A stretch of 64,000 bases of DNA from Daphnia carinata (lineage: Eukaryota). The position numbers were made by a program, and so were the translations under genes. The notes beneath the pieces are model-generated. The model did no database searches, was not told the origin of the DNA, and saw nothing but the letters and a program-made list of their open reading frames with translations. Positions 38,158-50,170 of the stretch are shown here, one piece after another. How positions within the stretch are numbered: the first letter of the stretch is position 1; each line of letters opens with the position of its first letter. The stretch covers positions 3,720,001-3,784,000 of the forward strand of contig NC_081333.1 of NCBI RefSeq assembly GCF_022539665.2. Direction: 5' to 3'.

Positions 38158-38345
38158 TTTAGCATGGGCAGAACATGAGTCGGTACATTTTTTGCATCTT
38201 TCCGCAATTTGGTCTATCTTTAAATTTTGGCGCAAATCACTTCATCGTATAGCAAACTTGGACTAAAAGATGTTTTACCGCTTTCATCCGATAATACACG
38301 TATAAAAGAACAATTTATTGGTAGTCACCTGTTAGTGTACAGAGT

Positions 38346-39223
38346 TTAACCCACAAGAGTGTCTTCGGCTCGAATGTATTCGCCTACGTCTGCTTGATGG
38401 AAGCAGACAATCGCCATTGGCTCAGCATGTCTGCACTCTGAGGTTGCTTTGGCAGCAACACCAAAACCCTTTAAAATAGCGTCGACGATTTTCAATACTT
38501 GAACTAGTGAACTTGTAAATGTACCACCTACCAGGGGAACATCAGCCATATTGTAAACTACAACTCCTTGATATTTGGCAGTACTTTCAGAAATTCTACC
38601 AAGACCAGATTTCATTATGTGATTTCCATAGACAAACTGTTGCTCAGCTGTTGGTTTGAGCCAAATTTTATACTGCACGCAAATTTTATTATGTTTACAT
38701 AACATCTTTTAAAATAAGAATGACGGCTTACCTGAGCATAAGGGGCCAAGTAATCCAATGCTGTGATGTGAAGGCGGAATTTCCTTGTCTTGGTAAACTT
38801 GCCAAAGCATGTTCCAATGCTGATAAGGTTGTCACGGTCAATGGAGACAGCATGCTTTAGAAGTTTTTCAGAGATGTAAAATACTCTGTCGCGGTGGAGG
38901 CGAAAGCAGTAAGCTCCATCAGGTCTGTCGATTAACAACCTTACATTTTCGCCGATACTAAAAAGTTAAAGGCAAAAAACAAAATGTTGAGATGCATGGT
39001 AAGTTTAAGATCTAGACAAGTATAACTCAGATTTTTTAAATTTTCAGATACTTGTTTAATTAGTTTAAGTTAGTGAGTGTATAGTCAGTAGTTAACAATG
39101 CTAAGTAAATAAACATGTATCCAGTCCTGAATGCAAAGTTTACAAGTAAAGTGGAAATAGCACTTACTATTTCGTAAGCTTTTCAAAAAAGATTTTGGTT
39201 TCTTCTTCAGTTAATGGTCTCAT
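38346..39223 (-). CDS. NIP7: 60S ribosome biogenesis protein NIP7 (PUA domain)
   Basis: [81 protein letters not shown]. Confidence 0.95.
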
Positions 39224-39807
39224 GTTGAATTTAGTTTTAGTCCACGTGCGTCACGTCAACTGCTCAAGTCAGACGACGAATAAAGCGAGGATGTTTAGGC
39301 GAGGGCTAAACAGTATGCTAGATGAATGGAAAATTGTTGAAACATTTAAGTGTTAATAATTCTTTAGATTTTTAATTCTTTATTGCTTAAAAATCTTGGA
39401 GAGTTTGTTAATAAGAAAACTATAATTCTAAACTTTTAATTTTTAAAATACATCTGTCAAACTTTGGCATAAAATGGTTAATTTTGTTGGTAACGTCAGT
39501 ATGAACAGAGTCATAGATCCTAATCATTGACTTTTCTGAATCTACAAGTCAGGGAAGAAAGGCTGTAAGGGCAGGAATGTATAATTTGTGTATTATTTTT
39601 GAAGATTTTTTATGGAAGCAATAAAAATGAGAAGCACGGAGATGATAAACCAAGAGACAAATTGTTCATCACAGTAGAGTTTAGGATGATGAAAACTAGA
39701 GGACACTAACAGGATGCATCCGTGACAGAAGAAAAAAAAACATGTGGAGATGGGGGAATAGAAAATAGGATCTAGAGTTATGAGTTGTTCCCCAATGTGT
39801 TTAGAAT

Positions 39808-42800
39808 TTATCGTAAAAAATCGCGCACCATTTCTTGGAACGTATCGTCCCCAGCCTCACCAAATTCAGTTTCTCTCATTTCGTCAGTTAGACGAGAAAT
39901 GCGCAAACTGGAAGGCAACAATTTGTTATTCAACATATTGAATTATATGATTGCATCGATAAATTTCTACTCACAAACTAACAATATCCGCGTTTGCAGT
40001 CTTCACCGCAACATCTAAAGGGGTATTCCCGTCATTATCAGCAATTTTTTGGTCCGCCCGATTTTTCAACAGTAGTCCAACCTGTGCTGGAAGACCTGCA
40101 ATTTCATGAAAGGACATTAGAATGCTTCGCAGAAAGCAAACCGAATTCACACTTCACCTAATTCTGTTGCCAGTAGCAAGGCAGTTTTACCAGCACCATC
40201 CCTGGTATTTATTTTGGCCCCATTTAAAAGAAGATACTGCAATACCGTCACCGATCCCTAAAACGGTGGAAGAAAATTGTGGTTATTTAGGATGAGATTA
40301 GGATTCTTAAAATGTGAGGATCTTACATTCAAAACGGCTAAATGAACTGGAGCCCGTTCTTCAGCGTTACCACTGGTAGTGTTCCTATCCGCATACAGAG
40401 CTAGAGCACGTGCGATCCACACTATTTGGCCCGTTTCAGCTCCTTTACTCAATAGCCAATTTGGATCGACCTGGCCTGCGAAACAAAATTCAAATTACTA
40501 TAACTCTGCGTGCGATGTTAACCAGTTGCATTTACTATACCCGATTCAGGAATGATGACAGCTTCCTTGACAAGATTCTCATCACCAGCCCATCTGTGAT
40601 CAACAAAGAGCTTTTTGACATATTTTGCCTGTATCCAGGCATCTCTCATTTGCTGAGTCGAATCTGGCTGTGGTTTACTCAGATCACTGGCAGTATCTAC
40701 TTTAGACTCGTAGATCGAGTTGACGATTGCGTTACCCAGGGAAACCATCACCTGAGCCACTTCACCGTCCCATTTGTCCCAAGTAAGAGACCTTACTTTG
40801 CTTACGTGCACACCAAGACTACGGTGGATACCCGAGCACGCTGTTGGAACATTTGAAACGGGATTGCAGAAATGGGTTTGAAACAGTACCAAAGAAAAAT
40901 TAATTTACCTATGCACAATGTGATTCCCAAATTTATACTAGCCCATTCCGGGTTCTCAGCGGAACAATCACAGCAGCGATTGTTCCCTGCTACGGCTAAA
41001 ATGTCCGATAATATCTTATCTTTGTTGCTTTCCCTAATTTAAAGAGGACAGTTGGATTATTAGAACAGATGGTGTGACTTATCAATACCCACTTGGATGT
41101 GTTGGCGCTATCGGTGGTACTGTTGCTAGAGTTTTGGCTATCTTTTGCGTTACTCCTCGGCGATTCGTTGCTAGCTAAACTATGTCCAGAACTACTTCGG
41201 CTGCTTAACATCAACTGCATTGCTGCACCTATCTCATCTTGAATGGCCTGGATCCATACTTGAAAAGTTTCTTCGGAGTCTGCTTGCAGTACGTGGGACC
41301 TGAATAGTTTACCAACATTTTAGAATCACGCTCAAGCTACGCAGTGTTTAAATATTAAAACATATTAATATTTACTTAGTGGGCGAGATAACCTCAAAGC
41401 AGTTGCGGCGATCAATGTCGTTCAGCGGTCGAACGGAACAAAGTTTCAAATCTTGTTCCATTACAGTGCCCTCTCGGTCTCCTGAAAAGTGCCCAGCCGA
41501 TAAGTAGAGGAATTGAAAATCATCAAACAAAAGTATTGCGCACCTGTTCTTTTGCGGTAAATCAACTGGCTGGAACAAATGGCAAACCATCGTCTATTCC
41601 ATGTTTTAAGCGGACTCGAAGTTCGTTTGAAAAGGTAGCCTTCCATACGAGTTCCATTCAAGGTCTCTGATTTTAGCATGGGCACCAGATCTTTTGAGGT
41701 GACTACGCTGTGGCGATTTCCCAATTCTCTTTCCAAAGCATTTGTAGCGTCTCGAAACCGCGACACCTTTTTCAACAAGTCATTGTTGTAATTCCAACTT
41801 TTAACGTTAGCATCACCACTGATTACTGTGACTCACTTCTACTCCAATGTTTTTCAGGAACGGATCAGTATCTTGGAAGAGGTCCGATCCTTGGTGAAAG
41901 AAGGTGCTCTGGGCGTGCATGTAGGATAGTAACTGTGGGTCCAATCAATACGTTAACCTTCATTCAAACAACAAATCACAATGAGAATCTGTAAAGTCCT
42001 ACGGGATCAAGAATTTCATGGCGTTTCCGCGACTGCACGAGGCTAACAATGAATAAATGATCCAAGGCCGTGTAACGGAAGCAACTGCGCGTAGCAATCA
42101 ACACATTGGCCGTTTCGTCCACTCCAGTACTGGTCATCAAACCTGCCGAAAAAAATTATATTACTCAACTTCCCACAACGCATATATCTTATCAGTAACA
42201 TGGCAATAGATAAGGGAAGCACAAACCCTGATGCGATGAAGAGAGTGCGCTGGTGGCTAGGACAGTGTTCGCGGAGCCAGAAGTGTTTATTCCTTGACTC
42301 TTATTGGAATTTTTGGGAGCTTGGGCATGTCGAGCGAGAGCCGTGTCGAGATCAGCCGAAATTTTGTCGAAGTGTTGCCGACTGTCCTTGACTTGCTTCA
42401 GGTCCCTACGTATTTAGAAAAATTGCTTAAAGAGTTTCCTTTTTATGCTTGTTGCCCTCTTAAATCTCACCTCTTTAGGAAATTATTTAGTGATCTAGAA
42501 ACTGATCTACTGGTTTGGTCAATCAGGATTGAATGATATTTGATAGTTTCTTGTAACGAATTGGCGACTTTATTCAAAGCCTGAGAGACTGCTGGGTCTC
42601 CTTTGAAATGCATGCTCACTTGCAACATGCTTTGAACAAGGTTACTATAGGATCAAACATACACAAAAATTAAAGAACACTCAGAGCAATCTACATGATT
42701 GTTACATTACCTTTGAAAGCCCAAGTAGGCTTTCCCTGCTTCAATTGTCAAGTTGCAGTTTTTCAAGACCTGCATTGTCAACAAAGAAAAATTACTGACA

Positions 42801-43013
42801 GTCATTTAAACATACAATAATAGCTTCCTTACCTTTTCTAGTTTTCCTTCCAGATCGTCGAGATTGGCATGGTTTTCCTCCAGAACATCCCTAATAGCAG
42901 GAAAGTAAAAGTCACACTAGACTCTCTTCAAAATTATTTGTACCATTAAATTTGAAGTACCTAAATTTGGGGGAATCCCTCATGCATTCTTCGTATGATA
43001 TTAGTGGCTTCAT
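39808..43013 (-). CDS. ACAP: ACAP/centaurin-beta ArfGAP (BAR-PH-ArfGAP-ankyrin), multi-exon
   Basis: [10 protein letters not shown] start; PH domain [21 protein letters not shown]; ArfGAP zinc finger CCDC...[32 protein letters not shown]; ankyrin repeats; ends EMVRDFLR*. Confidence 0.92.
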
Positions 43014-44326
43014 GGTGAATGGCAGACAGTTCAGATCTGTGATGATAGTTTCAAGCTGATTGACAGTGGTGTTAATTTTACGCAACAATCTGCAGAGCAA
43101 AGAACACAATAATGGAAAGGAAGACTTATTATTATTTTGTCTTACTGCCAACTTACCAGTAATTTGGCTTAAATGGTTAATGGTTGTTTAACACACTGGG
43201 ATAAAAGTTGGCAACATGTTTGAATTAGATTTAGGCTGCCCTATGCAGCATTAAGCTCAATACTTAAGGATTGGGAAGAAGAACACAATAACGTCCCATC
43301 ACTGTGGAAGATTGAAAATTGTAGTCATCGAAGACCCCCCGTCCTACAATGGAATGACGTATGTATCGTGTCAGGGAAATCTTATGTTGCAATCAGTCGT
43401 CGAAATGGCATGCAAAGTAACCGCTGCCGCAAGCTTATTTTTGAAAAAAAAAGTGTTCATACAAACAAACAGGCTTACACGCCCACTCACTGGAGGGAAC
43501 AAGGATGAACTCGTTCGTATCCAGCCTACGTACGTCGGTTGGGAAATCTTTTTTAAAAAGGGATTTGGGTAGAAACGAAAGGAAGGGAAAAAACGTCAAA
43601 ACATTAAGGTAGTACTAAACGGCAACTTTTCAACACACATTGACTTGCAAATTGGAAAACGGGTACGAACGAGTTGCGTCTCGCTCACTGGAAATGGTTA
43701 TGACGTGTTGTGAAAGTAAAAAAATGTAGGACATTAAACTACAAAAGAGCACTAATTCAACAGGGACAGTATTTATTTTGTGAAAATACCACGCTCGAGG
43801 AAACAACCCAAGCATTCGATGAAGCTTCAGTTTTGTCATAATTTTAATGGAAGGATATAATAACAGCATTAACAGAACATAATGTTGGCTGGCTACACCC
43901 AAGGAAAAGACAAAAAAAATGTATATAACATAATAGCAAGTGATGCCCGTTTGTCTCGTTCTAATTCGTTCGATAGCCTCGTAAACCACATGATGACGCA
44001 GAGAGGGAACGACACACTTAGCCCGTACAGCTGTTGCTAATGGCCCTCTGCGGTCGCACTAATGCTGTTTGTTTATTTCTATAAAATACAATTGCATCCG
44101 GAAATAAAAAAGCTATTGCAAATAGTGAAGTTAAAGCGTTTTCTTGGAACGTATTCATTTCAACCAAATATTGCTGCGTATTTCACTAATCAAACTCCGC
44201 AATATTGAAAATACTTACTATCTGGGATTTGCCGACACATAAACTATAAATATTTGCGTACACTAGCTGCAACCTATACAATCTATACCGTTTGCCATAT
44301 TAATTGGAAACTCATTCTAATTCAGT

Positions 44327-45088
44327 ATGTCGAACAATCAATCTAATCCCAACCATTCAGCTAATATTCCGATACCCAACGAATCCGACGATCAACCGAC
44401 TAATACCAACGAGCCTGATGCTGGCCATCAAACCATCGATCGGTTGGCTAACATTGCTTTTCCGTCATCCAGTGTGTCTTCTGACGATCAATCCTGGACT
44501 GATGATGTAGCTAGTGGTGACGATAATATAGCGAATCCATTATCCAGCATGTCCGTTGATGATCTACCAAGGGTCAATAATCAAACCGGCACCAATGAGG
44601 ACGTGATTATGACGGACGATGAACCTGCCAATCCCAGTAGCTCCTCTCCCGAACAGCTCAATTACGACAACGGTCAGTGTGCCATTTGCTTGGGTCCTCA
44701 AGTGGACAGGTCACGTCCCAGATGTGGTCACGTTTTCTGTTTTGACTGTTTGAAGGAATGGTGTCGTGTAAAACTGGAGTGCCCAACATGCAGGCAGCCA
44801 TTTACCAACTTTGTTCATATGATCACAGGAACAGCTACGAATGAAACCAGTGAAGTTTACACGCCAGATCCTCCTCTGGTTCCAGCACAAAACCGACACA
44901 TCGTAACAATACGTTTCCCCATCGAATGGTTGCCTCTTTTGAACGAAACTCAATTTCAACGGTTTCTCTTTTCGATGTTTATACATCTCCAAGAAGGAGG
45001 TCAAGCGGAGAATGCTGCTGAACCGCCACCTAACTCATCGACCGATGACCAGCCAAATGCGAACAATCCATCGAACAATTCCAACTAA
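44327..45088 (+). CDS. Intronless C3HC4 RING-finger protein (Topors-like RING), putative E3 ligase
   Basis: CAICLGPQVDRSRPRCGHVFCFDCLKEWCRVKLECPTCRQPF inside a 253-aa ORF with acidic low-complexity flanks. Confidence 0.85.
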   Translation: MSNNQSNPNHSANIPIPNESDDQPTNTNEPDAGHQTIDRLANIAFPSSSVSSDDQSWTDDVASGDDNIANPLSSMSVDDLPRVNNQTGTNEDVIMTDDEPANPSSSSPEQLNYDNGQCAICLGPQVDRSRPRCGHVFCFDCLKEWCRVKLECPTCRQPFTNFVHMITGTATNETSEVYTPDPPLVPAQNRHIVTIRFPIEWLPLLNETQFQRFLFSMFIHLQEGGQAENAAEPPPNSSTDDQPNANNPSNNSN

Positions 45089-45251
45089 TTTTTCAAACTG
45101 TTTTCATCAGACATTGAAATACAAAATTAGATATTCGTTCAAATACTTAACGTGTTTCTTCTTCGATTTAATGTCACTTGCACGTACATAAAGAAAACCA
45201 TACTTGTAAGCTGGACTGCCGTTTGTAGTACAAAACAGGCAGACTGAGTTC

Positions 45252-45287
45252 ACTGACACTGAGACTGACACTGAGACTGACACTGAG
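45252..45287 (+). repeat. 12-bp tandem repeat (ACTGACACTGAG)x3
   Basis: Directly visible. Confidence 0.85.
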
Positions 45288-47266
45288 TACGTTTCACAGT
45301 TAATTTGTTTAGACGAGGTCGTCGGTAACTAGGGAGTGATCAAAACGCCTAGCGTTCAACTGAAGAGGGTAAGGCGGCCTGAGTGGAGCTAATCCAACGC
45401 TTTCTCTATTATTAGCGCTGTAAAAAGAACAAGTGCAACATTTCGTTGATGATAAAACGAAAAAGGCTGTGAAACAATCAAACCCTAAAAAAGGAGAAAC
45501 GAACCTGTTTTGTAAACTGAATTTAGACTGGACCGCAGCGGGCTGGATCAGTCCCGTTGGTCCGCACACGACACCAGTGGGCGCAACGTTAGTTACCCTG
45601 GACTGTTGCACTCCTTAGCGTAAAAACAAATGAAACCACTTAGAGAATAACAATTAAACTTGAGGCACATTAAATACTACCGAGAATGTGACGAATACCG
45701 TAGCGCGAAGGAGCGGCCTCATGGCCAATGTTTTCTGTGTAGATTGGATGGGGACGACAGCTGTTTGACGTCAGAGTCAATAAGATGCCTATCACTAAAA
45801 TGGCGAAGATGGCGATCCCGAACCTTCCCATGATTAAATTGGTTAATCCAATTCAACTGTCTTAGGTGTAGCTCCATTAAGTGTGCATACCAAAAGTACC
45901 ACTGTGACCAGATGGAATTGCTTGATGAAATCATCGGGCAGCATCCCCGTCCGCAACACAACTCCGAATCGGCTTTACACCTGTTAATTGATCAAATAAA
46001 ATTAAAACGAATATTTCTCTGTGTGATGTACAACGGAAGTCCAAAGAACATGAAGTTACTTGTAAACAAAAGTGGCATTGCCATCGTAAATCGTACAGAA
46101 GAAGATCTGCGACATGATCTTGTTTGTTGTTGGCTACGAGCCTGGTCAACGACTGGTGTTTCAATTGAACATCTAGCTGCACTATAGCGACTCCAGCATT
46201 TCCAGATTTTATCGATTGAAACCTTTGTGATTCATTGTTGATGCGTCCACGTATTGATATCGATGGCGAGTTGACCATTCCATTCCATCAGGAGGCTGTG
46301 ATGAATCTTTGATCACTGCTCGCCCCCTCACTTCGGCCTACGTCACTAACTGCGTCGGTTGAAAGTCACATTTGATTAAATAATAGGAGGCTCGGACGTC
46401 ATGTTCCAGATTTAGAAATGAACCTCCCTACACGATTTTATACCTTCGCTTGGAGTGAAGAGAAAAAATAGAAAGGTCTTGTGCAACTTCAAGATGTCTG
46501 TATTCGTGAATCAATCCAGAAAGAAATGCTGAAGTATTTAAGGCGGCGATACAGAAAGCCTTAAAAAAAATAATGTTAAACTATTTCGAGAGTATTCGAT
46601 CAGATAATAAGGCTTTTTAATAGAATATCAAAAAATGGTCATCACCCAAATTTCAGGACACACCGAGAAGTCAATGAAACACAAGGCAAACGAGAGATTT
46701 ATCACGAGCGTTTGAAGAGTTAGATTAAATAAGACACTTTGAAATACTGCCAGTGGTGGTAACTTGAATGCAACAAAGAAAAAACAAAAAGTTAGGGTAA
46801 TCATTTAGAAGATGAAAAAAAAAAAAATCAGGTGGGCGTGCCCGAAAAACGGGAAGGGTCGACATAAAAATTTTGTTTTCAACGTAGACGCAAATCTCCT
46901 TTTTGTTTATGAACTTTCGCGCAATTCCACGAACTTTATCGTCTCTCCTGCACACTGAATGCTTTTTCACTTGAAAGAATTTGAAAGAAAACAATCGAAC
47001 GTGACGCCATCTAACAAGATGCCTGTCTCGAAAATCGTCATTCAAAAATAAAATGCAAATAAAAGAAAAGGTTTTTTCTGTAGCGCCGTATTGTTCACGA
47101 TCAGTCGACAGTGACTGCCAAAGACCGTGCCTTTCTCGTGCTCAAATCAAGACTATATCCGAAAAATGTGATTACATAAAAATGTGATTACATAAAAACA
47201 ATTGACAAACGAATGCTGTTGATTCCAAACATTTCGTGATGGATTCCTTTTTTTTTTTAAGGAGGA

Positions 47267-50170
47267 TCAATACCACCCGTACATAGAGGTAAAGGCTGAA
47301 TGGTTCAGATGAGACATGGCGTGCGGATGAGCCATCGAATTTCGATTGTTGCTGCTGAACGCTGGAACGGCCGGCGCAGTAACGGATGGCATCATCATCG
47401 ATGCTTGTTGCTGCACCTGTTGCTGGACTACTGCTGTCTGATGCTGATGTTGTTGCTGAAACCAAGTGCTACTCTCTTGCGGGGTGTACGGATAGCTCAT
47501 CATCGTGTTGGCCATCTAAAAAGAAAAGAATTAAAACGATTAGATTCGATTCAATTTTAATAATTTGAAATAAAAAATCAAATGTCTTACCTGATGATGG
47601 GAGGTCAAAGAAGTGGAGTAAGGATTGCTGGAAACGGACGGCAACGATGGCGAAGAAGCGGGAGCCGGAGCTCCAAAGGCGGGCGGAACCGAATAGAGTT
47701 GCTGTTGGTGCTGGACGGTGGACGGCATTTCGATTGCGTTGCTGGTCATCGAGTGATGATGGATAGTATCGTGCGGATAATGATAAGGAGACGAAGCAGC
47801 GGTAGGCAAACCCATGGTGGTTGCGTTAACGTTGGTAGACGTAGTCATTCCGCTTGCTGGACCGTTGACATTCATCGGTGCGTTCGTAGGAGCGGACGAC
47901 GTGGTGCCGTATGGAGGTGACGAAGATCCATTGCCGGAAGAGGCTGAAGAAGTGGACATTTGTTTACGCAATCGGGCGCGACGGTTGCTGAACCAAACTT
48001 GAATTCTGGCTTCGGTGAGTTTAGTGCGTTGAGCCAATTCTTCTCTAGTGTAAACATCGGGGTATTGAGTACGGTCGAAAGCTTTCTCCAATTCGTCCAT
48101 CTGCTGGGCGGTGAAGGTAGTGCGGTGGCGGCGCTGTTTGCGCTTCAGCGGGATGCCCGGCTCCGAATCGCAGTCGGATGTGACTCCGTCATCCATTCCA
48201 TCGCCGGAATGAGACGATGAAGAAGATCCATCACCTTGATGGCTCATCATTCCATATCCAAGATTCGTAACACCTTTAAATAAATTTGAATATTTAGTTT
48301 GTAGGCCTGAAATGTCGAGTCGTATTACAATAGCTAATTGAATTTATGAACTCCCCCGCTCAAATAAGATTTGCTGCCGTGTTACGTATTAATTAATTGA
48401 GGGGGGGGGTGTATAAAGATAACAAGAGAAGCAGGGTTACGCTAAAGGTCACTCGCAACAGGTGTTAAGCCTATTTAAAGATAAGGGTGCGTGCTGTGCT
48501 ACTGTTGCGGCGGTTGTACTTGCCGCACGCCGTGCTTTTCTTTTTTTTATGATTGCAATTAAATTCGAAAGAGAACTTGGGCTCCTTATTTGCCCGCCCG
48601 TTGGCTTACGATAATAATCACTTGCGGAAGTCTAGGTAACTATAAGGCGTATGCTTACGGGACATGCACGGATCTCGTTAATGATAAGGATAGGTGATGT
48701 ATAGTTTTTAATACAAAGCGCTCCCCCTGTTTTTTGTTTTTTTTAAAGTTTAGCCCGTAATCAGACCCCAACGGATTTTCTTTCATTTGTTGTAGTGTTA
48801 CAATCAGGGTCCACATCCCGCAGGTGATTTAATTGAAAGAGGGAACATATTCATCTACTAAATAAACTACTTTAATTTGATAACGAACAAGACGCTAATA
48901 CGTGTACAAATATTAGCATTTATATTATTATTTTTTATGACTAACAATAAGCGAGAGACTTTTACCTGCGGCTTCTGATTTGTGATTGGAGTGGCTATCC
49001 TCGGAAGTGTCGCGCAGGTAACGAGATATGGCACTAACCGAAGGGGCTGTAGAACGCTCGCAAAGTCCCTCCTTGATCAATCTGTTATTGAATGAAATAA
49101 AATCAAACAAGAACTTTAATTATCAGCTTAAAAAACAAAGTAGGTAGCACGCAGAACGTGTTTTAAAGGTGTAAATGATCTAACACTATACCTACCTGTC
49201 TCTGATTTCCCATGAAAAGATGCCGTGGTTCTCCATACGGTAAGACTGGATACGGCGCTGGATGTCTGGCTGAAGGCTGTGCTTCGGTCTGGCTCCACCG
49301 ACGACTCCGGCGCGGATGCTGCCCGTCTCTTGGTAGCGGTTGAGGATCTTGGAGACGCAGCCGTGGGAGACGCGCAATTGTCGCGAGATGACGCACGGAC
49401 GGACTCCGGCCGCCGCCAGTTCGACGATCTTCAAGCGGATGTGGTTGGGCAACGGCCGGCCGTTGATAAAGACACCGCCCAACTGATTAACACGGCCCTG
49501 ACCTGTTCAAAAAAATGCAGTCAATTCATCGTCCATTGTTGTCAAACATTTTTTTTTGTTTTGCAAGACAATTCGCGATGCCAAGAAAGTTTGACAACCG
49601 ATTTTTTTGAAAAAATTCATCCAAGGCGAACAAAAAAAGAAACGTTGTTGCTTCGTTTCACAGTATACCACGCGCCTAGGACTGTCCAGTCTCCTTGTTT
49701 AAAGTACATTCTACATAACAGAAGCATTTCCACTCTATGGCGCACGAAGGAGCATCGAGTGCCATAAGCGCAGAAGAAAAGATGCTATTATGAACGATCG
49801 GTCCGGCACGAGATCTTTAACAGATGTTACAAACAAAAAGGACAATAAGGCGCGCACGAAAAGTGTCACGAACCATGGACCTTAACAGTAGCCGCCAACG
49901 CCTATTTTTTTTGTTTTTTTTTCAAATTAATATAAAAAATGAGACGAGCTGACGTCATGGCAACCGTCTGATTCAACGAAATCGCGCCCGACTGCGCTTT
50001 TCGACATTCTCTTCAATACGTAAAAACAATCGCATTCGAAACTGAAGAATCATTCCATCCATGAATTTGTTTCTTTCTTATAGTTTAAAAATTAAAAATG
50101 AAATACCTTGAAAGGGATAGCCAGTGGTGTAACAAGGTCTTGCCATAGTGTTGATACCGGTCAACGTCAT
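47267..50170 (-). CDS. Pax3/7 (paired/gooseberry group) transcription factor, paralog 1; exons 50170-50107, 49502-49196, 49081-48966, 48273-47591, 47515-47267
   Basis: [33 protein letters not shown] paired domain; S50 homeodomain QRRHRTTFT...[13 protein letters not shown]; ends SMYGWY. Confidence 0.95.

Noticed and set aside
38958..39167. Intronic snoRNA in the longer NIP7 intron
   Set aside because: No box C (RTGATGA) with terminal stem and no clear H/ACA architecture visible
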